From Acidimicrobiales bacterium (lineage in GTDB: Bacteria; Actinomycetota; Acidimicrobiia; Acidimicrobiales; DASWMK01): a DNA stretch of 62,279 nt. The translations under genes and the position numbers were made by a program. This document shows, piece by piece, positions 1-7,615 of this stretch (its first letter is position 1; every line of letters starts with the position of its first letter). Under the pieces are notes generated by a model that ran no database searches, was not told where the DNA came from, and saw only the letters and a list, made by a program, of their open reading frames with translations. Where the stretch lies: contig DASWMK010000043.1 in NCBI GenBank assembly GCA_036399815.1, positions 1 to 62,279 on the forward strand. The letters run 5' to 3'.

Positions 1-185
1 CGCCGGTCCTCCGGCCCAGCGGGCTGCGGCCCGGGTCCCGAGGGCGGGCGGCGGAGGCTGGCCCGCGCCGGCCCGGCGTCGCGAGGCCGGCGGCGCAGGC
101 CGGCCCGTGTCGGCCCTCGGCCCGGCGGGCTGCCGGCCAGCGTCGCGAGGCCGGCGGCGAGGGCCCACCTCGCCCGCCCTTCCGG

Positions 186-617
186 TTGCCCACCCGCGGC
201 TTCGGGCCCGGGCGCTGGCACGCTGGGGGTGTGGGGGAGCGGCTGCTCGTGCTGGGAGCGGTGGTCGCGGGGCTGGTCGTGCTCGGGTGGGTGCTGCTGG
301 CCGTCGCCGCCCGCCGCCTGCCGCCCGGTCCCCTGCGGGACGCGGCGATCGTCGTGCCGGCCGCCCTCGTGACGGTCCGGCGCCTCGCCCGGCACCCCGA
401 CGTGCCCCGGCGGGCGAAGGTCGTCGTCGCCCTCGCCGCACTCTGGGTGGCCTCGCCGATCGACCTCGTGCCGGAGTTCATCCCGGTGCTCGGGCCCCTC
501 GACGACCTGGTCGTGGTGGCCCTCGCGCTGCGGTGGGCGGCCCGCCGCATCCCGAGGTCCGTACTGGAAGCGGCCTGGCCGGGCGATTCCGGCCTCCTCG
601 ACCGGGTCATCGGGTGA
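186..617 (+). CDS. DUF1232/YkvA-family small membrane protein
   Basis: 143-aa ORF with hydrophobic helices. It carries the motif SPIDLVPEFIPVLGPLDDLVVV, typical of DUF1232. Codon position 3 is G/C-rich. Confidence 0.7.
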   Translation: MPTRGFGPGRWHAGGVGERLLVLGAVVAGLVVLGWVLLAVAARRLPPGPLRDAAIVVPAALVTVRRLARHPDVPRRAKVVVALAALWVASPIDLVPEFIPVLGPLDDLVVVALALRWAARRIPRSVLEAAWPGDSGLLDRVIG

Positions 618-629
618 CACACTGGTCCC

Positions 630-800
630 GTGGCACCCCTCCGCCGCCGGCGCGACGACGAGTTCGACTTCAAGCGGTCGGCCGCCGAGCTGAAGGACGT
701 GAACGCGGAGCCGTGGTTCCTGGCCGAGGACGCGGCCGACGAGGAGGCCGAGATCGTGGCGGGCCGGTCGGCCCGCTTCGACGGGGACGGGGGAGCCTGA
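630..800 (+). CDS. small acidic hypothetical protein (56 aa, not in supplied ORF track)
   Basis: GTG at 630, TGA at 798-800. Translation: VAPLRRRRDDEFDFKRSAAELKDVNAEPWFLAEDAADEEAEIVAGRSARFDGDGGA. Codon position 3 is almost uniformly G/C. It starts 13 nt after the previous stop and ends 8 nt before the next start. No clear SD. Confidence 0.35.
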   Translation: MAPLRRRRDDEFDFKRSAAELKDVNAEPWFLAEDAADEEAEIVAGRSARFDGDGGA

Positions 801-807
801 GGCCGGG

Positions 808-1161
808 ATGAGCCTCGCCCGCCGCCCGTCCGACGACGTCCTCGGCACGCTGCGTGAGGACCTCGTCTCGGCGGCCGACCTCGTGTTCCGGGGCCGCCGG
901 GCCTACGACGGCGACCGCCTGCTGCGCCTCGCCGCCGAGGCCGTGCTCGCCCGTGTCGGGCAGGCCGCCGACACCCTGCCCGACGACGTCGCCTCGGCCG
1001 TGTTCGGCGGCGAGCGGGACGACTGGCTCGACCGGCGCGCCCCCGAGGCGACCGGCGACACCCGGGTCGACCACGACGAGGTCTGGGTGACCCTGAGCGA
1101 GGGCGCTCCCGTCCTCCTCGAGCGCCTCGACGAGCTCGAGGGCGGCCCGGACGACGCCTAG
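808..1161 (+). CDS. hypothetical protein (possible degenerate HEPN/DUF86-like helical protein)
   Basis: 117-aa ORF with high GC3 and an SD-like GGGGGAG upstream. The helical pattern ending ...RVDHDEVWVTL...LLERL loosely recalls DUF86, but no Rx4HxY motif is present. Confidence 0.45.
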   Translation: MSLARRPSDDVLGTLREDLVSAADLVFRGRRAYDGDRLLRLAAEAVLARVGQAADTLPDDVASAVFGGERDDWLDRRAPEATGDTRVDHDEVWVTLSEGAPVLLERLDELEGGPDDA

Positions 1162-1180
1162 CCCGGCCGCCGTCCCCACC

Positions 1181-1349
1181 GCGGGCGCGCCGGGACACTG
1201 CTCGCCGGGCGGTGGCGCGGCGGGACACTGCTCGCCGGGCGGTGGCGCGGCGGGACACCGCTGGCCGGGCGGCGGCGCGCCGGGACACCGCTCACCAACG
1301 GCGGCGCGCCGGGACACTGCTCGCCGACGGGGCGCGCCGGGACACGGCC
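1181..1349. repeat. intergenic tandem repeat, about 5.5 copies of a 28-30 bp unit
   Basis: CGGGACAC(T/C)GCT(C/G)(G/A)CC... recurs at 1191, 1221, 1251, 1281, 1310 and 1338. The first two copies are identical and later ones diverge. It lies between two convergent genes. Confidence 0.85.
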
Positions 1350-1393
1350 CGCCTATGGCTCGGCCGGCCGGCGTGACCGGCCGGGCCGGGAGG

Positions 1394-1924
1394 TCAGCCG
1401 GGGGACCAGCCGGGTGGGCGGTGGCCGGTCTGGCCGTCGATGAGCTCGCGGAGGATGTCCATGTGGCCGGCGTGGCGGGCGGTCTCCTCGATCATGTGGA
1501 CGAGGACCCACCGCAGCGACACGGTGTCGCCCGCCCACGACGCCCCCGTGGCGTCGAGGTCGAGCTCGGTGATGGTCCGGTCGGCGGCGGCGCGGGCCCG
1601 GCCGTAGAAGGCGACGACGTCGGCGACGGTCTCGCCGGGCGCCAGCCGCAGGTCGGCGTCCTCGTCGTCCTCGTCGAAGGGCAGCGGCTCGGTGGGGCGC
1701 CCGAACGTCGTGCAGAACCACGAGTACTCGACGGCGGCCAGGTGCTTCACCATCCCGGCCAGGTTCGTGCCCGACGGCGTCATCGGCCGGCAGGCGTCGT
1801 CGTCGCTCAGCCCGTCCAGCCGCCAGAGCACGATGTCCCGGTGCAGGTTCATCGAGTCGTGGAGGGCCTGCTTCTCACCCGGCGTCCGCGTCATGGGCGC
1901 AGGTGTACCAGGGGGGTGTGACAC
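1394..1924 (-). CDS. DinB/DUF664-family (mycothiol-dependent-enzyme-like) protein
   Basis: 176-aa ORF. Contains LWRLDGLSDDD...GTNLAGMVKHLAAVE...LVHMIEETARHAGHMDILRE, typical of DUF664/DinB_2. The start may be the internal Met at 1894. Confidence 0.8.
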   Translation of the reverse strand: MSHPPGTPAPMTRTPGEKQALHDSMNLHRDIVLWRLDGLSDDDACRPMTPSGTNLAGMVKHLAAVEYSWFCTTFGRPTEPLPFDEDDEDADLRLAPGETVADVVAFYGRARAAADRTITELDLDATGASWAGDTVSLRWVLVHMIEETARHAGHMDILRELIDGQTGHRPPGWSPG

Positions 1925-2092
1925 CGAAGGGCCGCCGAGCGCCCGGTCGCACGATCAACTTTACGTAACGAGGATTCTGGGCGGTCAGGGCGGAGACGCG
2001 GGACGACACGACGAGGGCGGCGCCCCGTGCGGGAACGCCGCCCCTTCGTCGAGGACCTGGCCGCCGCCCGGTGCGCCGAGCGGCGGACGGGA

Positions 2093-2230
2093 CTAGCGGG
2101 TTCGCAGGCGGCGGCCCAGGCGGCGCTGGGCGGCCTGGCGCTGGTCGTCGGTGCCGCCCTTGCGGCGCAGGAGCCGCTCGGCGGCCCGGCGCATGCGTCC
2201 CTTCATCGGCTTGGCGCTGCTCATCGGCAT
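2093..2230 (-). CDS. small strongly basic protein (45 aa, not in supplied track)
   Basis: Translation: MPMSSAKPMKGRMRRAAERLLRRKGGTDDQRQAAQRRLGRRLRTR. GAGGAG SD lies 7-8 nt upstream. High GC3. It lies 22 nt downstream of the preceding small gene. Confidence 0.45.
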   Translation of the reverse strand: MPMSSAKPMKGRMRRAAERLLRRKGGTDDQRQAAQRRLGRRLRTR

Positions 2231-2252
2231 GTCGTCGTCTCCTCGTGTTCGG

Positions 2253-2438
2253 TCAACCGCCGGCCATTCCGTCGTCGTCGCCGGCGCCGTCGCCGGGCCG
2301 GACGTCGCCGCCCATCGAGGCGCCCGCCCCCTCGTCGGGCGCCAGCGCCTCGTCGGGCGACACGTCCACCAGCGACGGGTCCTCCGGCAGCCGGACCTCC
2401 GCCGGGTCGGCGGTGCTCGGGGTGTCGGCGTCGGACAT
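2253..2438 (-). CDS. small acidic disordered protein (61 aa), paralogue 2
   Basis: Begins MSDADTP..., contains SMGGDV, is D/E/P/G-rich, and has high GC3. Its ATG shares a base with the upstream TGA (TGATG). Confidence 0.5.
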   Translation of the reverse strand: MSDADTPSTADPAEVRLPEDPSLVDVSPDEALAPDEGAGASMGGDVRPGDGAGDDDGMAGG

Positions 2439-2623
2439 CAGCTGCGGCCCTCGCGGGGCTCGCCGGCGTCGACGTCGTCGCCGCCCATCGACGGGTCGCC
2501 GGCCGGCTGGCTGAGGTCGGCGTCGCCGGTGCCCTCGAGGCCCGTGTTCGAGCCGCCCGACCCCATCGCCGGGTCGAGGCCCGGTTGGCTCTGCTCGGGA
2601 TCGCCCGTGGTCTGGTCGCTCAT
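2438..2623 (-). CDS. small acidic disordered protein (61 aa), paralogue 1
   Basis: Begins MSDQTTG..., contains SMGGDDV, is D/E/P/G-rich, and has high GC3. It starts 10 nt after the yjbQ-like stop. Confidence 0.5.
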   Translation of the reverse strand: MSDQTTGDPEQSQPGLDPAMGSGGSNTGLEGTGDADLSQPAGDPSMGGDDVDAGEPREGRS

Positions 2624-2633
2624 GCCCGATGCC

Positions 2634-3044
2634 CTACCCGGCGAGGAACCCGAGCAGTACCCGTCGGCGGGGGTTGTCCCGGTTGCGGTCGACGAGGACG
2701 ACCCGCTGCCAGGTCCCGAGCAGCGGCCGGCCCCCCTGCACGGGCACCGTCAGCGAGGGTGCGACGAGCACGGGCAGGAGGTGGTCCCCGCCGTGGCCCG
2801 GTGAGCCGTGGCGGTGCCGGTAGCGGTCGTCGCGCGGCAGCAGGCGGTCGAGCAGGTCGGGCAGGTCCTCGTCCGAGCCCGACCCCGTCTCCATGATCGC
2901 CACGCCCGCCGTGGCGTGCGGTGCGAACACCGACAGCAGCCCGTCGCCCCGTCCCCGGCAGAACTCCTCGGCGTCGCCGGTGAGGTCGACGACCTCCCGG
3001 CCGGTCGTGTCGACATGCAACTCGGTCAGGTCCACGCCGTCCAT
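2634..3044 (-). CDS. YjbQ/UPF0047-family protein (secondary thiamine-phosphate synthase-like)
   Basis: 136 aa. Contains LLSVFAPHATAGVAIME...D...HGSPGHGGDHLLP...GTWQRVVLVD, characteristic of UPF0047. Confidence 0.85.
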   Translation of the reverse strand: MDGVDLTELHVDTTGREVVDLTGDAEEFCRGRGDGLLSVFAPHATAGVAIMETGSGSDEDLPDLLDRLLPRDDRYRHRHGSPGHGGDHLLPVLVAPSLTVPVQGGRPLLGTWQRVVLVDRNRDNPRRRVLLGFLAG

Positions 3045-3413
3045 CCTGTCCGCCCCTCTCGCCGCTCTCCGCCGCGCCGGGGCTTTGGTGCCCTTCTAGG
3101 TTGCGATCGTGTGACGATTCGGTCGCCGCCATTGCCGGGGCCGCCGATTCGGTGCCGAGAATGGCCCCGGACGTTGCGTCGTGTCGCCGTCACGACGGGT
3201 GGGAAAGGGCAGGGGACGGCGTTCGGAAGAGCGGAAGGGATCGGAGCAACTCCGGGTCCGGAGGCGGTGTCGGCGGCAGGCGGGCGTTTCGTGCGTCCAT
3301 CGGTTCGTCGGTCCCCCCTTCGCGGCCGGCATTGACACCTCGGTAGTGGCGAATGATCGCTCCTTCGCGCGCCCCAACCGCGCGTCCATGGAGCTTTCGG
3401 GGGGGATTCGAGC

Positions 3414-5006
3414 GTGCCCATATACGGTCAGCGGACCGATCAGGCGACGGAGCCCGTCGCCCATCGGAGCTTCGAGCTCCATGCGGAGCGCGCGCCGAAA
3501 CGGCTCGCGGTCACCTGCGGGGAACGGGCCTTCACCTACGGTCAGTTGAACGAGCGGGCCAACCAGCTCGCCCACTTCCTCGTCGCCAACGGCGTCGGTC
3601 CCGGGTCGGTCGTCGGCGTCTGCCTCGACCGCTCCCCCGAGCTCGTCGCCAGCATCCTCGGCATCCTGAAGGCGGGCGCGGCCTACTCCCCGCTCGACAC
3701 GACGTACCCGGACGAGCGGCTGGCGCTGATGACCGCCCAGCTCGACACGATGGAGTGGGTCGTCGCCTCGACGCGGACCCGGTCCCTCGTCGACCGGGCC
3801 GAGGCGCAGGTCCTCGACGTCGACGCCGTGGCGCCCGGCCTGGCGACGTTCCCGACGACCAACCCGCAGCGCCGGGTCACCGGCGACGACCTCTGCTACG
3901 TCGTGTTCACGTCCGGGTCGACGGGGCCGCCCAAGGCGACCGCCGTGCGCCACGCCGGCTGGCACAACCTGCTCAGCTGGCTGCGGGCCGACTTCGGCCT
4001 CGACGACTGGTCGAGCAACCTCCACATCAGCTCGATGGGCTTCGACATCAGCCAGCGCAGCCTCATGACGCCGCTGTTCACCGGCGCCACGCTCCACCTG
4101 CTGCCCAGCCGCAACTTCGACGCCATGCTGGCCAACCGGCTGGTCGCCCGGCTCGGGATCCGGACCCTGCACTGCGCGCCGAGCGCCCTCTACCTGATGA
4201 TGGAGCGCGAGGCGTCCCACGACACGGGCGCGCTCGACACCGTCCAGTACGTGTTCGTCGGCGGCGAGCCGCTCTCGGCCCGCCGGGTGCGGGACTGGCC
4301 GAACCGGCCGGAGCGCCAGGGCAGGCTCGTGAACGTCTACGGCGTGGCCGAGTGCAGCGACGTGTCGACGTTCCACGTGCTCGAGGACTTCGCCGGCTAC
4401 ACCGAGACCGGCGTGCCCATCGGCCGCCCGATCCACAACACCGACATCCACCTCCTCGACGAGGACCTGCAGCCCGTCGCCCACGGCGACGTCGGCGAGA
4501 TCTGCATCGCCGGGGCGGGGGTCGGCGCCGGCTACCTCAACGCCGAGGCGCTGACCCGCACCCGCTTCGTGCCGGCGCCGGCCGTCGGCGTCGAGCGCCT
4601 CTACCGCACGGGCGACCTGGGCCGGCTCCGCCCCGACGGCGCCATCGCCTGCATCGGCCGGGTCGACGACCAGGTGAAGGTGCGCGGGATGCGCATCGAC
4701 CTCGGCGACGTCGAGACCACCCTGCGCCGCAGCGAGCGCATCCACGACGCCGTCGTCGTCGCCGTCAAGGACGAGCAGGGCGAGACCGACCTGGTCGCCC
4801 ACGTCATCCTGTCGGCCACCTACGACGGCGAGTCCGACGAGCCGGCCCTGCGGGCCGAGGCCGCCGCCCTGCTCCCCCGGCACATGGTCCCCCGCTCCTT
4901 CGTCGTGGTCGACCGCTTCCCGCTCACCCCGAACGGCAAGGTCGACCGCGCCGCCCTGTCCCGCACGCCCGCCACCCGGGCCCCGATCGGCGCCTCCGCG
5001 TCGTGA
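3414..5006 (+). CDS. stand-alone NRPS-type adenylation enzyme (amino acid adenylation domain, no carrier domain)
   Basis: 530 aa. A-domain core motifs FTYGQL, LKAGAAYSPLD, FTSGSTGPPKA, FDIS, NVYGVAE, YRTGDL, GRVDDQVKVRG, PNGKVDR. The ORF ends about 20 aa after A10. Confidence 0.9.
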   Translation: MPIYGQRTDQATEPVAHRSFELHAERAPKRLAVTCGERAFTYGQLNERANQLAHFLVANGVGPGSVVGVCLDRSPELVASILGILKAGAAYSPLDTTYPDERLALMTAQLDTMEWVVASTRTRSLVDRAEAQVLDVDAVAPGLATFPTTNPQRRVTGDDLCYVVFTSGSTGPPKATAVRHAGWHNLLSWLRADFGLDDWSSNLHISSMGFDISQRSLMTPLFTGATLHLLPSRNFDAMLANRLVARLGIRTLHCAPSALYLMMEREASHDTGALDTVQYVFVGGEPLSARRVRDWPNRPERQGRLVNVYGVAECSDVSTFHVLEDFAGYTETGVPIGRPIHNTDIHLLDEDLQPVAHGDVGEICIAGAGVGAGYLNAEALTRTRFVPAPAVGVERLYRTGDLGRLRPDGAIACIGRVDDQVKVRGMRIDLGDVETTLRRSERIHDAVVVAVKDEQGETDLVAHVILSATYDGESDEPALRAEAAALLPRHMVPRSFVVVDRFPLTPNGKVDRAALSRTPATRAPIGASAS

Positions 5007-5050
5007 CGGCCGCCCGACCGACGACCACCACCTCAGGAATCGAGGACGAG

Positions 5051-6007
5051 ATGACCGACGCTGCCCAGCTGCCCGCACCCACGCCCCACGTCGCCCGCGA
5101 CGCCGTCGTCGACGACGACATCCGCGACGACATCGCCCGGTTCGAGGCCGACGGCTTCCTGGGGCCGATCAAGCTCTACGAGCCGGACGAGGCGACGGAG
5201 ATGATCCGCGAGATCCGGGTGCAGAACCAGCGGCGGGAGAACGCGCTCTACCACAACAGCGTCAACTACGACCGCCACTTCGACATCTCGCTGCTGTCCC
5301 GCCACGTCTGCCACCCGACCATCGCCCGGTACCTCCAGGGCATCCTCGGGCCCGACGTGCTCCTGTGGCGCACCGAGTTCTTCCCGAAGTTCCCGGGCTC
5401 GGAGGGCACGGAGTGGCACCAGGTGCGGGACTACAGCTACGCTAACGGCAACCCGCAGCTGCTGCCCACCGAGACCGAGTGGAACGCGTTCATCGACATC
5501 ACGGTGTGGACGACGTTCACGCCGGCGACGCTCGAGACCGGCTGCATGCGGTTCATGCGCGGGTCGCACAAGCACTGGTACTTCGACGAGCGCAAGGCGA
5601 CGGCGAGGGGCCGCACCGGCGAGTACGACGTCAACGAGGTCGACACCCAGTTCTTCGGCTACGAGTTCTCGGACTTCAAGATCGACCCGTCCTGGGTGCC
5701 GCCGGACGAGGACGTCGTCAACCTCGTGATGGAGCCGGGCGAGGCCGTGATCTTCACCGCCAACTGCGTCCACGGCTCGCTCCCCAACCGCACCGAGCGC
5801 CAGACCCGGTTCGCCATCGCCGGGCGGTACGTGCCGACCCACGTCCGCGTCTACCCGGAGCAGGACTGGTTCACGGCCCACGGCGCCCGCTTCGACCTGA
5901 GCAACTACGGGAGCGTGCTGGTCGCCGGCCGCAACGACTACGACCACAACCGGATCAGGACCCACAACAACCTCGGCGAGCCGTTCACCACGAACTTCCC
6001 GCGCTGA
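5051..6007 (+). CDS. SyrB2/CmaB-like non-heme Fe(II)/2-oxoglutarate enzyme (carrier-protein-dependent halogenase type) with His-x-Val
   Basis: 318 aa. [48 protein letters not shown] and CVHGS align along the whole length with my recollection of SyrB2. The AGGA/GAGGA SD is present. Only the 3' third of track ORF 3353..6007 is real. Confidence 0.85.
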   Translation: [318 protein letters not shown]

Positions 6008-6094
6008 GCGGCGCGGCCCGCCCCGACGATCGAGAGCGGTGACGGCCGCCGCCCGCCAGCCGGCGCGGCGGCCCCGCTCGGAAAGGACCCCGAC

Positions 6095-6319
6095 ATGGTG
6101 GCCGACACCATCCGCAGCATCTGGCGCAAGGAGCTCGACCTCGGCGAGTTCTCCGACGACGACGACTTCTTCGACCTGGGCGGCCACTCGCTGGTGATGG
6201 CGAGGATCCAGACCCGCATCAGCGAGGAGCTCGGCGTCGAGGTGCCGATGGACGACCTGTTCCGGCACTCGACCGTCGCCGGCATCTCGGGCTACCTCGA
6301 GCACGCGGCGGCGAAGTAG
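6095..6319 (+). CDS. free-standing peptidyl/aminoacyl carrier protein
   Basis: 74 aa. Phosphopantetheine site FFDLGGHSLVMARI. GGAAAGGA SD upstream. Confidence 0.85.
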   Translation: MVADTIRSIWRKELDLGEFSDDDDFFDLGGHSLVMARIQTRISEELGVEVPMDDLFRHSTVAGISGYLEHAAAK

Positions 6320-6349
6320 CCGGCGCGGCGAGCCGAGGCGGCGACGGGG

Positions 6350-7615
6350 ATGGCGCTGCTGTCGCTCTGCGGAGCGAAGATGACGAGCCCGTCGGGGCTC
6401 CGGGCGATCATGCAGGACGTCGCCACGACGATCACCGACCCGCTCGACCGTGAGTGGCTCAACCTGAGCATCGGCAACCCGGCGGCGATCCCCGAGGTGA
6501 TCGCCATGTGGCGGCGGCTGACGGCCGACGCGCTGGCCTCGAAGTTCGAGGCGGTCAGCTGCCAGTACGGGCCGTCGCGGGGGGCCGAGGCGCTCCTCGA
6601 CGCCATCGTCCGCTACTTCGACGACCGCTACCGGTGGGGGCTGCTCCCCGACAACGTCGTCGTCGGGCCGGGCAGCCAGATGCTCTGCTTCGTCGCGGCC
6701 GCGCTGTACGCGGGGCCGAGCGACGCCGGCCTGCGCCGCATCGTGCTGCCCGTCGTGCCCGACTACACCGGCTACCAGGGCGTGTGCATGCACGCCGGCG
6801 GCATCGTCGGCGTCCCGCCGAGGATCGAGACCGACGGCGACCGCGGCTTCCGCTACGTCGTCGACCTCGACGCGCTCGAGCGGGTCGAGGACGTCGGCAT
6901 GTTCCTGCTGTCGACGCCGAGCAACCCGACGGGCCGGGCGGCCGACCCCGAGGAGCTCGACGCCATCGTCCGCATCGCCGAGGCGAGGGGCGTGCCCGTC
7001 GTCGTCGACAACGCCTACGGCGAGCCGTTCCCGCAGGTGGCGGCCACGCCGTCCCCGCCCGTGTGGCACCCCAACGTCATCAACCTGTTCACGATGTCGA
7101 AGGCGGGGATGCCGGGCGAGCGGATCGGCTTCGCCGTGGGCGCGGCCGAGTACACGACGGCGATGACGTCGTTCATCGCCAACTCGGCCCTGCACGCGCC
7201 CCAGCTCTCCCAGATCGTGCTGGCCAACGCGCTCGCCTCGGGCGACCTGGACCACACGGTCGGGTCCGTCATCACGCCGTACTACGCGAGCAAGCGCCGG
7301 ACGGCCGAGAAGCTGCTCGCCGAGCGGCTGCCGGAGTGGGTGGACTGGCGGCTGCACACGAGCGACGGCGGCATGTTCTGCTGGCTGTGGTTCGACCACG
7401 ACTGGTTCGACGACGCCGACTTCTACCGGCGGATGAAGGCCCGCAAGGTGTTCGTCGTCCCCGGCCGGCACTTCTTCGTCGACCCCGCCTCGGTCGGCCC
7501 GCACGGCACCCACTGCATCCGCATCAGCCTGAGCTCGGACGAGGCGATCCTCGCCGAGGGCATCGACCGGATGGCCGACGAGCTGGAGGAGCTGGGTCGT
7601 GGCGCTGGCCGTTGA
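6350..7615 (+). CDS. PLP-dependent class-I aminotransferase (valine-pyruvate/AvtA-like)
   Basis: 421 aa. Contains LSIGNPA, STPSNPTGR, NAYGEPFP and the SKAGMPGERIGF Lys motif. The start may be a few codons downstream. Confidence 0.85.
   Translation: MALLSLCGAKMTSPSGLRAIMQDVATTITDPLDREWLNLSIGNPAAIPEVIAMWRRLTADALASKFEAVSCQYGPSRGAEALLDAIVRYFDDRYRWGLLPDNVVVGPGSQMLCFVAAALYAGPSDAGLRRIVLPVVPDYTGYQGVCMHAGGIVGVPPRIETDGDRGFRYVVDLDALERVEDVGMFLLSTPSNPTGRAADPEELDAIVRIAEARGVPVVVDNAYGEPFPQVAATPSPPVWHPNVINLFTMSKAGMPGERIGFAVGAAEYTTAMTSFIANSALHAPQLSQIVLANALASGDLDHTVGSVITPYYASKRRTAEKLLAERLPEWVDWRLHTSDGGMFCWLWFDHDWFDDADFYRRMKARKVFVVPGRHFFVDPASVGPHGTHCIRISLSSDEAILAEGIDRMADELEELGRGAGR

Noticed and set aside
107-811. 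234-aa plus-strand ORF at the left edge
   Set aside because: It is an alternative frame over the DUF1232 gene (186..617), with Arg/Gly/Pro-dominated translation.
670-1317. Minus-strand ORF with a repeated QCPAAPPPGE motif (looks like a proline-rich repeat protein)
   Set aside because: The repeat is only the translation of the intergenic 30-bp DNA tandem repeat. The rest of the ORF is antisense to 808..1161, and there is no start context.
1181-1349. Possible CRISPR array
   Set aside because: The units are contiguous with no unique spacers, they degenerate progressively, and no cas genes are nearby. It is a plain tandem repeat.
2253-2623. Small acidic ORFs as RiPP precursor peptides
   Set aside because: They have no Cys-rich or Ser/Thr-rich core and no leader/core organisation. 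No modifying enzyme, protease or ABC exporter lies adjacent. They are better described as small disordered proteins.
3268-3273. TGTCGG in the intergenic region as a PafBC (RecA-NDp-type) promoter motif
   Set aside because: Only the TGTCGG core matches. The expected extended motif and a correctly spaced TAnnnT -10 are absent.
3353-6007. 884-aa ORF that looks like a fusion of the adenylation region with the Fe/2OG enzyme
   Set aside because: - The first about 565 aa are an out-of-frame, R/P-rich read across the adenylation gene. The true adenylation frame is 3414..5006.
- Only 5051..6007, which has its own SD and ATG, is real.
3414-6319. Adenylation enzyme plus carrier protein as part of a siderophore or peptide NRPS assembly line
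   Set aside because: The window contains no condensation, epimerisation or thioesterase domains. The parts are single-domain proteins, which fits carrier-tethered amino acid tailoring rather than peptide assembly.
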